From the NCBI GenBank assembly GCA_050575255.1, contig JBNZDD010013635.1, forward strand, positions 592,947 to 656,946: a stretch of 64,000 bases of DNA. Reading direction: 5' to 3'. Positions 1-22,962 of this stretch are shown here, in pieces; positions within the stretch are counted from its first letter, which is position 1; each line of letters begins with the position of its first letter. Position numbers and translations under genes: made by a program. The notes under the pieces are model-generated. The model searched no databases. It had not been told where the DNA came from and saw only the letters and a program-made list of their open reading frames with translations. The stretch is from Harriotta raleighana (Eukaryota).

Positions 1-599
1 AATTTTGAGAACTAAGGTTTTAAATTTTTAACACTCAATTTCAACTGGAAGGGCAGTCTTCTATATAGAAATTTACTTCAACACAAAATTTCACAATACA
101 AAAACTAATCAAAGAATGTTAAGTGAAATTGTTTGCTGAAAATATTTGAAAGCTACTGTAGTAAATGGAAAGAATATTACATAAATTTTAACTTTTGCTC
201 ACGTTTTGAAAAGTAGTTGTAACTTTAGGTTTTTAAATTCTACGGTCATATGAGTCATTTACTAATCTACCATTAAGTAATTTAGATGAACAGAAAATCT
301 GATTTTAAAGGTCGACTTTTTGGTAGTGCTAGTAAGCAGTTGTGAAAATATGCGATATTGGTTAGTTTTGTACAGTACTTCTCAGACTATACTGTCAATG
401 ATCTGATCTAGTTCTGTGGACTGAGTGGTGCAACGCTAGGTACTGCATGGGTAGAACCATCTCTGCATTGAAACTTACACTGTGCAGTAAACTATTTAAA
501 CCTAAAGTCTTGGCAGTATTGTAGCAGAATGTGAAACGGTGGTTTCATGTTGGGTACCTCCATGCTGGGCTCGAAATTGAGTTTGAAGTTAATACGTTT

Positions 600-760
600 T
601 ATATTTTGAGTGTTACCTTGATCGGTTTTACTAGTAATACTGTAAATTGTACATTTTCAGTATAAAATTTCTTTTTGTACATTTTAAAGCTGATGCTTCA
701 CCTTTCCTTTAATAAACTGTTTCAAAAAATCTGTTGAGTCCTTTTGGTATTAAATTTCAA
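600..760 (+). terminator. Candidate 3' end and poly(A) signal of a plus-strand gene lying left of the window (STAG1 expected by synteny)
   Basis: AATAAA at 711-716 with upstream TGTA elements and a U/GU-rich downstream tract. Gene identity rests on synteny only; no coding sequence is visible. Confidence 0.3.
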
Positions 761-981
761 TCACGTGTTACTTAGAAATACCTTGAATGAGGTCTTAAAC
801 TCTTTGTGATTTACAATAAATCTTCCTAGTCTCTACAAAACTGGTGAAAGAAACAAATCCTCTTAATATTTTTACTATAGAATTTAGTTTTAAAAGGGTT
901 GCAACAATTTTCCTTAGAAAAAATGGTTATTAGGTCTTTTGAGCTCCGTAAATTTAACAGAAGCTCATAAAACAGTAAGTA

Positions 982-1582
982 CAGTAAAAGCCCGTTTATC
1001 CATAACTCGATGAACCGGAAAACCCGTTGAACCGGCAGTTCAAAAAAAAAAGTCCCGATTTGATAAACCGGAAGTTATCCAGCAGAATAGCAATGGCGCA
1101 TTTAATGAATCGATTGTCGTATGCGAGTGCTGTGCAGGTATATCAGCTGGCCGCTAGTCGAGCCTAAAGTTGCGTTATTGTCATTTTAAAAAAAAGTCGT
1201 GCTGCCGTTTTTTCCTCCGTGGGGGCCGCCATTGCAGAAGTTAAGTATAAATAAAAGTATTAATGCAATTTTCTGTTGTTATAGTATCTGTTATTAGTGT
1301 ATTTAGTCTATTATTTATATAGTAGTATACAATATTTACAATAAAGTAGCCATACAATATTGTTATTACAGTATCTTATTACTATATTTAGTCTTATTTA
1401 TATTGTACAGTGTACAACATTTACAAGTACCCATACAATATTGTTATTATGTTATTTAGTCTATTATTAATATGGTATGTGTTAAAATAAATTGTAATTT
1501 TTAAAAAGAAAAGTTCAACTGGAAAGCCGTTTAACTGGCACAGGCCAGGTCCTGTGGGTGCCGGATAAACTGGCTTTTACTG
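982..1582. mobile_element. Non-autonomous Tc1/mariner (pogo/Tigger-like) MITE
   Basis: TIRs CAGTAAAAGCCCGTTTATCC...GGATAAACTGGCTTTTACTG, TA on both sides (980-981, 1583-1584), internal AT-rich repeats of about 80 bp. Confidence 0.85.
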
Positions 1583-1748
1583 TATTTAGATCAAAGTAGC
1601 TTTTTTAAAAAAATATACTGACCCATAATATTGTTTCTCTATGCCAAACATCTTTTACTTTGACTTGAATCAACTCCTTTAAGTAGTACAGAGGACACCA
1701 CCAGTAGATGAACATTCTCAACAAGGTATTTCTGGCAGCCACCCATCT

Positions 1749-1754
1749 TTTATT
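1749..1754 (-). terminator. Candidate PCCB polyadenylation signal
   Basis: AATAAA on the minus strand about 150 nt after the stop codon. Confidence 0.5.
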
Positions 1755-1901
1755 GCTCAGTAACATTCATTAACATAGTATTTGAGTCAATTCTGAATAG
1801 TAAAAAAGTTTTTTTTTCTTGATTGGGTGCATTCAGGCATTTTTAGATTAAGAAATTTAATAATTACTTTTTGGTTTTTAGGAGGCCTATTTTTAAACTT
1901 A

Positions 1902-13680
<11,779 letters not shown>

Positions 13681-15000
13681 GACCGCTGACGACAGTGAGA
13701 AAATAAGAGGCTGTGCTCCCCTTCAACCAAACTTGATCGACCGGTTGATTGACACGGCGAAACGGCCAATGGCGTTCTCAGACGGACAGGAGGGGCACGG
13801 CGAGATGGGCCCCGCCCACCAAGCAGCAGGTTAGGTTGCAAAACGCATGCGCAGATGTTTTTTTTTGAGCAGTCAGCCTGTGGGCGGGTAGAGCTGGAGT
13901 TCTCAGGGAGCCGTGGCCACGTGACAGCAGCACAGCGCCAGTTCTCCCGCCGACTACAACTCCCAGCGGCCACCGTGACCTGGACGACCCCGTATAAAAT
14001 CGAAAGACCTCAAGGCTTATCTGTAGTATTGACTGAGCGATTGCGCGCAATGTATTCTTAACTCCAGCGTCGCGGTCACTCCCCTGGTGGGATGGTTATG
14101 TAGAAAGAGAAGCAGGATAAGCAAATCATATATGTATTTTTTTTCTCACAGAGGGAGCGGAACCAATCTGATACAAAATCCGTAACCCTTCACCATTGCA
14201 GCAAAACTGGGAGTCATTTTTAAATTGAAAGCAAAAACTACATTGAGATTACATGGCGGAGGCGACGCACAACGGAAAATAAATTTAATTTTCTTCAGAT
14301 TGGTAGAACGGGAGGGAGGTGCTGGCGGCGGCGAGAAGGGATTATAATGCAATAGCTTGGGGTGGTGTGAAGGCGGGGGGGCTGGCGAGGGATTGGGCGT
14401 GTTACACATATTTAGTGTGTGTAAAAAAAATCAGGCAGTGCAGCGAACACTCCGTGTTTCTCCCCCCCCCCCCCTCACTTTTCCGCCGTCACGTGACCAG
14501 GGCTCGAGCCCCTTTTCCGTTTTTACCCCCCCCCCCCCCTCCGCTGGAATCGAACGTTTCGCCCGTTTAAAAAAGCAACGGCCGCCTCGCCTCGCGCTTC
14601 CCTCCCCGCAGATCCAGCCCGCGAGACACACACTGACCGCTTCAGGCAACGAAAGGGAGAAGCAGCAACAACGCCGCCATAATAAGAATCATCATAATAA
14701 TGGTGTCGGGGCGGAGTGCGAGCGACTGAGTCTCTCCTTTGCTTCTGTATAATCCCCTCCCCCGCCTCTCCCCTCTCTTTACACTCCCCACCTCCCTCCC
14801 TCCACATTCCCCTCCTCCTCCTCCCGGGGAGCGGAGGCTGCCCCGTGTCGCCCGCCGTGATCGGGGGGTGGTGGAGGGCGAGTTGGATGGTTTACGAAAG
14901 CTGAGCTCGGCGCAGAAAAAGAAGGAAACGACGACGAGCAGGAGGAGGAGGAGGCGGCGGCGGCGTAGTAGTAGTAGTAGTAACGGCGAGTGAGTTCTCG
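13681..15000. promoter_or_regulatory. CpG-rich bidirectional promoter shared by PCCB and MSL2
   Basis: Divergent ATGs at 13680 and 15419. NRF1-type CGCATGCGCA 13844-13853; ZNF143/THAP11-type ACTACAACTCCCAGC 13953-13967; E-boxes CACGTGAC near 13918 and GTCACGTGAC 14488-14497; GC boxes; several CCAAT boxes. Confidence 0.8.
14940..14982 (+). repeat. Compound trinucleotide microsatellite (GAG)n(GCG)n(TAG)n in the MSL2 5' region
   Basis: Direct reading. Confidence 0.8.
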
Positions 15001-15418
15001 CGAATGGCGAGATCTGTGAGGCGACTCAAGGCCGTCCCGTTGTCGAGTTAGCCAGTTGGGAGCCAAGCTCAAGCTCGGATGGAAGGCGCGCCGCTTGTGG
15101 ATGCAATGGCCACCGCCGCTGCCTGCTGCAACTGTTGTTATTGATGTTGTTATGGCTGTGGGCGAGCAACAACGGAGCCGCCGCCGGATCCGAGCCGAGC
15201 AGCAGGAAGGAGCCACCACCTGCGCTGCCGCCAACACCTCGCTTTAAATGGACATTAGCAACGCCGCCGCCACCGCCACCACCGAAAGTGGGCGTCGGGG
15301 AAAAAAGCGTGGAAGAAACCCTCTGTGCCCCATCCTCGGTAACGCTGAGCGGCGGCAGCAGCAACACCAGAAGAAGAAGGGCCTGAGCTGCGCCTCCTCC
15401 GCTGCCGCCTCCGCCGCC

Positions 15419-15560
15419 ATGAATCCGGTGAACGCCACTAGTCTTTACGTCTCGACCTGCCGCTACATCATGCAGTGCGAACCGCAAGAGCCCGGCTCCT
15501 TCTCCGAGCTCTACAAACTGCTGCCCTACCTGCGCCAGTCCCTCTCCTGTTGTGTCTGCG
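15419..15560 (+). CDS. MSL2: MSL2 coding exon 1
   Basis: 142 nt, donor GCG|GTGAGC. Confidence 0.93.
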
Positions 15561-18500
15561 GTGAGCATTTCACACACACACATACATACACACACAAAAT
15601 AACCCCGGGACTGGACAAGGGTTTAAAATGTACCCCCCCCCCCACACACACACACACACACTTATGCATCCCTGTTAGTGGTAGGCTGCAGTGTGAGAGC
15701 GAATTGCTCTAAACCTCATACAATTCAGTTTCTCTCTCTTTCCCTCTATTTTCCCTCCCCATATGCGTGTTGTGTGTATGTGTGTGTGTGTTCTGTGTGT
15801 GGACGATTTGTGCATTGCACCAGAGGCCCTGCTCTGCTGAACATAATTATAATCTGCATTTAATTCTTTATTTTTAAAAAAGGTTTACGTTTTGAAATGC
15901 TAGCTTACATTTTTTTAAACGATAATTTTCGATTAAGAAAATATCACATTTAATGGATGATTCTCGCTTGGTCTTCATTCTTTCACCTCCTAAAATATTG
16001 TGGAGCTTTTTCCCGCTTGTATAAGATTTATTCTTTGCACTGCACCATGGCTTGCTGACAGAGGTTTGGAATACAAGGATTTGCATTTCTTCTTGCAGAA
16101 ATCCATTTGAAAGGGGCTGCAGTACAATTGCAAATGATCTTAAAGTAAATATTGTACAATTTTACTCAAGATAAAGCTCCTTTCGCTTTGTTTACAATGC
16201 TGGGGTTCATGGTTAAACAGTCTGGGGAAATGATGTTGGGAATACCGTGGCTATTTTAGGAGATCATTTAATACAACAGATCATTTAATACAGTAGTACA
16301 GTACAGGACGTATCATTAGAAATAAATCGCTTGCATTTGTGTGAGCATACTCTATTTATTAGTTACCATATTAATTGGTATCCCCGGTTTGATTTCCGGT
16401 GAAGGCTTCGCAATGCTGGCAATTTAGGATGAGATTTCCAATATAAATAGTGAGAGTTTCTGTTATTCTGAAGACTCGGTGATTTAGAAACTATTAAGAA
16501 TAAAAGACGAAGTTTGAAAGAATGTCTTAACATTTTTGTGAATTGTTGCAAGTTTCTTGGGAAAGTTTCTTGTATCTGAGATCTTGGGAAGTATAGGCGA
16601 AAGGAACATAACTTTAATTCCATCGTCTTGCTAACAAAACTTACTACATGTTACTGAAGATCGATAATTTCTATGTCGTGTGAATTCGGGTAACCAATTT
16701 AACTTGGTATTTTTCGATATTCCAGCGAAATTATTTTTATCCCCTACTCGGATTGAGATATTATTGCTCTGTGATAGCATATATATTGCAAAATGGCTCA
16801 ACGTGCATTAAAAAAAATTAGTGTTTGGAAGTGGCAAGTATTGTTCAATATAAACGCGAAGCGGGGAAAAACCTGACCGGCTTGACTTTCATGTAAAACC
16901 ACTTAACCCGTTTGCTTATAGTAAACTATTTGGGATATGGTGCATTCATGTTGCAAGTTTCTTTATCTGGTTGGACGTAAATTTACATTGATTTTCTTTT
17001 AGTTAAAAGGCGTGATTTATTTTGCGTTGCTAAAGTAGGCGGGGATAGGCCTATAATACTTAAAGACCACGCGTTTTATGTTCTGCCCAAAAGTAAACAC
17101 GCACACGTGTCTGCTCTGAGATCTAGAAACACTGCAAGTTCAGCTCCGTAACAACCTCCGCTCCTAAAGGCAAGTATTTTCAGACACCTGTCAACCTCTA
17201 CAACTCCCCAAAATATAGATTGGGCGATAGTTTATTTTTGTACAAATGTGGGAAACGTTCGATCAATGTATAGAGCAGTTGAAAGTCTTCGAGGAAATTG
17301 AACTTGCTGATTATATCAATCACACCCATCTCATTATGTTAACTCTTCAGTGTCTGAATAGGAATTAATCGATTTACTTTAGGAATACCCTATAGCTATT
17401 GGGTTTGCTTGCCTAATATTCATTTCATTTTTATTTCTCATTTTGTGAAAACTTTTCAGACATTCTTTCAAGAATCAATCGTTGCTCATGATATTTTTCT
17501 CTCCAGTAACCTTCAATTGTTCGTGGTCACTGGCTGTCAGGGCAGTCGAGAGTGACCTGTTTTCTTTGGTTTGGTTTCCCCATTCTTCTTTAAAAAGAAG
17601 CAACAACAACAAAATTACATTTATAGAGCGTGTTTCACGTCAGGAGGACGTCCCAAGGCGCTGGCCTCTTTTTGGTACCTTATTTTGTAAACACAGCCAA
17701 GGTTGGCACTATTGTAAGGCGGATTGATAAGCACAGCGCTGCCTAAGGTCAGACACTGGTATTCTCTTGCTCACATTAGATCTTATCTACTTACATTTTA
17801 TTTTATTGAAAAAAAGGCATGCTGAGTATAATTTGTTTTTAAGTTTCAATAGTTGACAACAATCACAAAATTACATTTGTAAAGAGTCTTTCACGTCAAG
17901 AGAAACGATTTTGTATCAGAGTGTACATGGCTAACAGTTAATGTAACAAAATATACAGTCGATTCACTTTACAGTATATTGTGTGAAGTACTTTGAGACG
18001 TCTCAACAACGTGAAAGGGAGCTATATCGAATACAAGGATTATTGTTATTCAAGCATGAAGAGCTTCAGAATAACTATTGCATATAAATAGAATAATTTG
18101 TGTTTTTTATCTATAAACATTATGTTCACTGTATAAAGGCTGTTGCAAATATAAAATGAGGAATAAAAAATATTCTTCTGAGATTACATGGGTCCATTCA
18201 GGTGATTTTATAATAAGGAGGGAATATTATTATCATTCTCTTTGAACAATACAATTGTCAAGGCAAATGCAATTTCAGTAAATTACTTCAGGTTACGCAA
18301 AAATAATGATAATATTTAAATGTGTGAATGGAAATGATGATTCTTGTAAATAATGCTTTTATTTCATCGGCACATACTGGGGGTGAGAGTTAGACGTTAA
18401 AAGCACTATACAAGTGTAATTTTGTTAGTGTTTGATTACCTTAGGTGTCCTATTGAGTTTGAGGCAGTGAAATCAAAAGTTCAATTTTCTTTAGAAAAAG

Positions 18501-21500
18501 TGATTTTAGGAAGGCCCGCCCACCTATTTTCATCCATGTATTACATAAGCAGATTTTGTAAGAGATGGATAGCTGGTGTCTGATGCAGTTTATATGTCTG
18601 CCTCATTGTTTGGGCGCCAAGCTCTGGGCAAAGAGCCAAAGGTAAGGTCATTTACTATGCATTGGAGAAAAAAAGAATGGGGATAATCTGCAAAATGTGT
18701 ATACAATTGGTTTAAATGACAAAAGAAAATTTCTCCAAATTTACTTCCTGCAGTTCACATAACATTTTCAGTTAAATTTATTTAAGATTCTGCTGCATTT
18801 ATATTGCAACATAAATACTTCTAGAATACTTCATTGGACCAGAAGAAGCTTGGAAAATGACATTTCTGTTTTTGTGAGATACCTTACGAAGTGTTGCATT
18901 CAAAGGCAAATGGACTGTCATTTTGAAATCGCTTTAAACATTTCATTTTATGATGTGTTTGCTGTAATAAATGATATGCATACAAACTTAAGTATGAAGT
19001 TTTGGAAATTACTGCCTGTTAAGAAAGAAGAGACAATGAATTTCCAAAATGTTAACACACTTAGAGAGTAACATGGCATTTGGGGCACAATGTCTTGCAG
19101 CTTACTCTATTTACCTACAAAATATGCAGTCACACTGATTTATTACAGAAAAAGAGAAAAAAAAAGCTTGCTGGTTCAAAGCGGCAAGCTTTTTTAACTA
19201 TTGTAAAATTTTAATTATTCTAAAATATAGTTTATTGAGCACATTTTAGAAATGTTTGGCCTGTCCAACAGAAATTTACCATTAAGTTTTATAAATGCTC
19301 CTCAAGTACGCAGATTGATAAACTCGGATGTAAAGTAAGTGGTATTTAAAGTATTTCACAAGAGGAGTTTGGTTGTGAAAGGCCCTTCAGCTTATTTGAT
19401 CTCATCCTATCTTTGGGTCTCAACGTTTCTGCTCTGGAATTCCATCCTAGAGTCCCCTTGACTCATCCATCCCTTGCCTCCTTCAAGGTCCTTCTGAAGA
19501 ACCTTCCTCTTGTGACCGCAGCTTCAGCCACAGTCCCACCCCTCTCCCTGAACCCCTCTTGATTTCATCCCCCATCTTGGGTATAAAATCTTAACTGTCC
19601 AGTGGCTTGGGACGTCCTTCTAATGTGAAAGGAGCTATTCAAATGTAATTTGTTTTTGTTTGGAATGCAAGGCAAGCTGTGCAACACTGATTGGATTTCT
19701 TGTTTAATTGTTGTGTTGACTTGTTTGATTTAAATAGATATAAATCTACAAATTATACAATCTCTATACTTTACATAGTTTGAGATGTCATCCTGATGTG
19801 CAAGGTGCTTAATCAAATGGAAGGATATCATTATAAATCTACATAATATAATCATTGCATTTGATCCAGGACCTTATCAAGTCTTTAGGATGTCTCAAAG
19901 AGCTTCACAGAATATACTGTAAAGTGATCTGACTGTGTGTGTATATAATCAGTAATTGAGGTAACGAAATGTACAAGTACTGCTGTGAATAAATTGCTTA
20001 ATTTTATTCAAAATTAATTTCTAGTCTATATGTCTTTCCTTCCCAGAAAATGCACTTGTCTAATGAGCATAAGGTTTATTACTGATAACCGATCAAACAT
20101 TTATTTACGAGAAATTAGCAGTCTTAAAGGGAGATGAGCTGTATAAACCTTTCCTAAATGTTCCCATGGCTTTCAAAGCTTTAATGAATCAGAATTAATT
20201 TCCAGAACATCAACATGTGTTTGTTCTTGTTTTACAGGAAACTTATTGAAAGATCCAATTGCTCCAACAAACTCCACTTGTCAGCACTATGTCTGCAAAG
20301 TCTGCAAAGGTAAAAAGATGATGATGAAGCCCTCATGTAGCTGGTGTAAAGATTACGAACGGTTTGAGGAAAATAAACAGCTGAGCATTCTGGTGTGCTG
20401 CTACAAGAAACTATGTGAATACATAGCTGAATCACCAATTTCCGAACACCTTGCTAAGTCTATGGATGGTGCTCCTGACATCTTAACATTGTTGCAAGAA
20501 GGACTATCGTTAGATGATGGAAAGCAAGAGACCTCTGGTTCGGCTAATACTTTACATTTGTCAAATTCTCCACCACCCTCAACCTCGGAATGCATCAGTG
20601 ACCTGGAAATGGCAGCACCTCAAGTCATTGAAAGCACTCTTTCGGACAGTACGTTAGTCTCGAGCAATGTTGAAATGACCTGCTCTAGTATCAATGGGTT
20701 GCCTGGTTGCAATGGACTGCCTGCAGATGAACTTGCTGTAAATACTATTTCTTCTGCAGAAAATTCTGATGGACTTCATATATCCTGCACTGGAGAGGAC
20801 TTCAAAGATATTGAAGTTTCTGACAGCTTGCAGATACCTAGCAAAACAGTTTCTGGTGGCAATGAGGATATAGTGGGAGCTGACATCTGCAGTTTCAATG
20901 AAGATATAAAGCCTATTGGCTGTTTATTACTCAGTGGTGAACATGTATTTCAAGAAACTGTTTCAAGCAATCTTGAGGCCTGTAGCACTGATTCACAACC
21001 CATTTCTGAGGCAAGTGCATCCAATGGACCTCATAAAGATGCCAAACCCACCTCCTTGCCTCCTAAAAGCAGTATTTTTGTTTCTAGCAATGCACCCCAT
21101 CATGGTAATCCCTGTGTAGCAGCCACACCCAAAATTGTACGGGTGAATCGGAAGCGCTCTCGATCAGAGAGTGACAGTGAAAGAATTCAGCCCCTGCCCA
21201 TTTCCAGCATCATACATGGACCACTGCTGGGGGCTGCTGCTCCTGTTCCCGCCAAACGAGAGACCAAGTTATCCATGGAAACTGTTGTCACAGTGCCAAA
21301 TGGGGGCACACCAAAAGTGGGAAAGGCTTTGCTTACGGCCAGTAAAAGTGTTAAAAAGCATGCAGAACACGGGGCAAAGAAAGCACACTCAAAAGTAAAG
21401 CAGGGAACAACCAAATCTAAAACTAAAGAGAAAGTTCACAGTAGTACTATAATGCCTGGCAGCCCATCAAAAATAGTGTACAAAAAACCCCAAGAGAAAA

Positions 21501-21865
21501 AGGGGTGCAAGTGTGGACGTGCTACACAAAACCCAAGTGTTCTTACATGTCGTGGGCAACGATGCCCTTGTTATTCAAATCGCAAGGCCTGTTTGGACTG
21601 CATTTGCCGTGGCTGCCAGAACTCGTACATGGCCAACGGCGAGAAAAAGCTGGAGGCTTTTGCTGTGCCAGAAAAAGCCTTGGAGCAGACCAGGCTTACT
21701 GTGGGCATCAGCTTAACCAGCATCAGCAATGTGGTGCGGAGTGCAAGCACGAGTGCGAGTGTCATTAATGTGACAACGGGGTCACCCATACCTACTTTCC
21801 TAGCTGCCAGTCCACGAGAGGACAAAAGCTTGGATGAAACTATTGACTATAGATATGACTGTTAG
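15419..21865 (+). CDS. MSL2: E3 ubiquitin-protein ligase MSL2 (exons 15419-15560 and 20238-21865; 589 aa)
   Basis: MNPVNATSLY start in GCCGCCATG context; RING split by a phase-1 intron (SLSCCVCG|NLLKDPIAPTNSTCQHYVC); CXC domain CKCGRATQNPSVLTCRGQRCPCYSNRKACLDCICRGCQN. Confidence 0.96.
15571..15800. repeat. (CA)n and (TG)n microsatellites at the start of the MSL2 intron
   Basis: Direct reading. Confidence 0.8.
19420..19660 (+). mobile_element. L2-clade LINE 3' fragment
   Basis: Degenerate LWNS...ASFK..LKT.L reverse transcriptase C-terminus followed by GGGACGTCC...TGTGAAAGG...AAATGTAATTTG(TTG)n tail; similar to 44995-45228. Confidence 0.7.
20238..21865 (+). CDS. MSL2: MSL2 coding exon 2
   Basis: Acceptor TTGTTTTACAG, long ORF ending YRYDC*. 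Confidence 0.96.
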
Positions 21866-22844
21866 ATTGGAATTGATCTGGTAGACCTTAGGCTTGTCTC
21901 TATTAATAGTGACAGCTACAACTTTAAGGCAGCTATAGTTCTGTTTAAAAAAAACTTAGTTGAACTTGCCCTAGTCCTTTGGGTATAGATCACTTGAAAT
22001 AAATGTTTGATTAATAGGCCTAGCTCCAAAATGGGAAATAGGCTAATGTGTCTAAGTTGTAATTAATGAACTGTTGCAAGTGGTTTATACTGAATGATCT
22101 TTGGCAAAAGAAATTTGACCTCATTGTTGCTGCTTATGCATTGTGCATAATCGCAAAAGGTAAAGGTGTAATTTAAAGAACAGAAAATGGTGAACTACAG
22201 TACGAACAGTTTAAATTACATGTAGAATATAATGTCACTTTTTATATGCAGATTATTTTTGTGTTCTCTAAATCAAAATCATTGGTTCTGTTTTATTTTG
22301 GTAATGTCATTAGATGACCCAAGAATATATTTAAAACAAAATGCCTCATTATTTTCTAATGAATGCATTTGCATGGATCAGTTGCACAAAGCAAAACACT
22401 CCCATTACACCTGTGTAGTCACAGTTTCAAATAGAAATGAGGATGACACTTTAGACGCACATGATCTATATTTCTTTTCCCTCAGGTCTGCTAATTTTAA
22501 TTAGAAGAGCTATCTGGTGCTCAGTGTATAATCTTGCCATGGATGGTGGTTGCTGGAAGACCCCACTCCACGCACGCACTCGGATGCCTAAAAGAGGATA
22601 TCGGGCCCATCTTAATGAAAATGTGTACAGATGAAGCTGCGTCTACTCAGTTTTGCACAATTATGTGTCAACTGATATCATTTAATATGGCCTAAGAATA
22701 CATGGTGGAAGCATTTCTGTTTAACATCTGACCAGGCTGCTCATAAAATGTTGGAAGTATATGGGGTATGGGATAGATAGATGCATGCTAATGATGGCTA
22801 CAGTTTCCAATTATAATGTGAAAAGTAAAGTGATGAAGAATTAT

Positions 22845-22962
22845 ATGCTTTTCATCACCTACAAATACACAGTCACTACACTTTACAGTAAAATTCTGTG
22901 ATGCGCTTTGAGACGTTTCAGCAACGTAATAAGGTGCTATACCAAATGCAAGGATTATTATT
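22845..22962 (+). mobile_element. SINE tail fragment in the MSL2 3' region
   Basis: GCGCTTTGAGACG...AAATGCAAGGA(TTA)n. Confidence 0.75.

Noticed and set aside
20401-21825. Alternative-frame and antisense ORFs inside MSL2 exon 2
   Set aside because: Shadow ORFs of the real coding sequence
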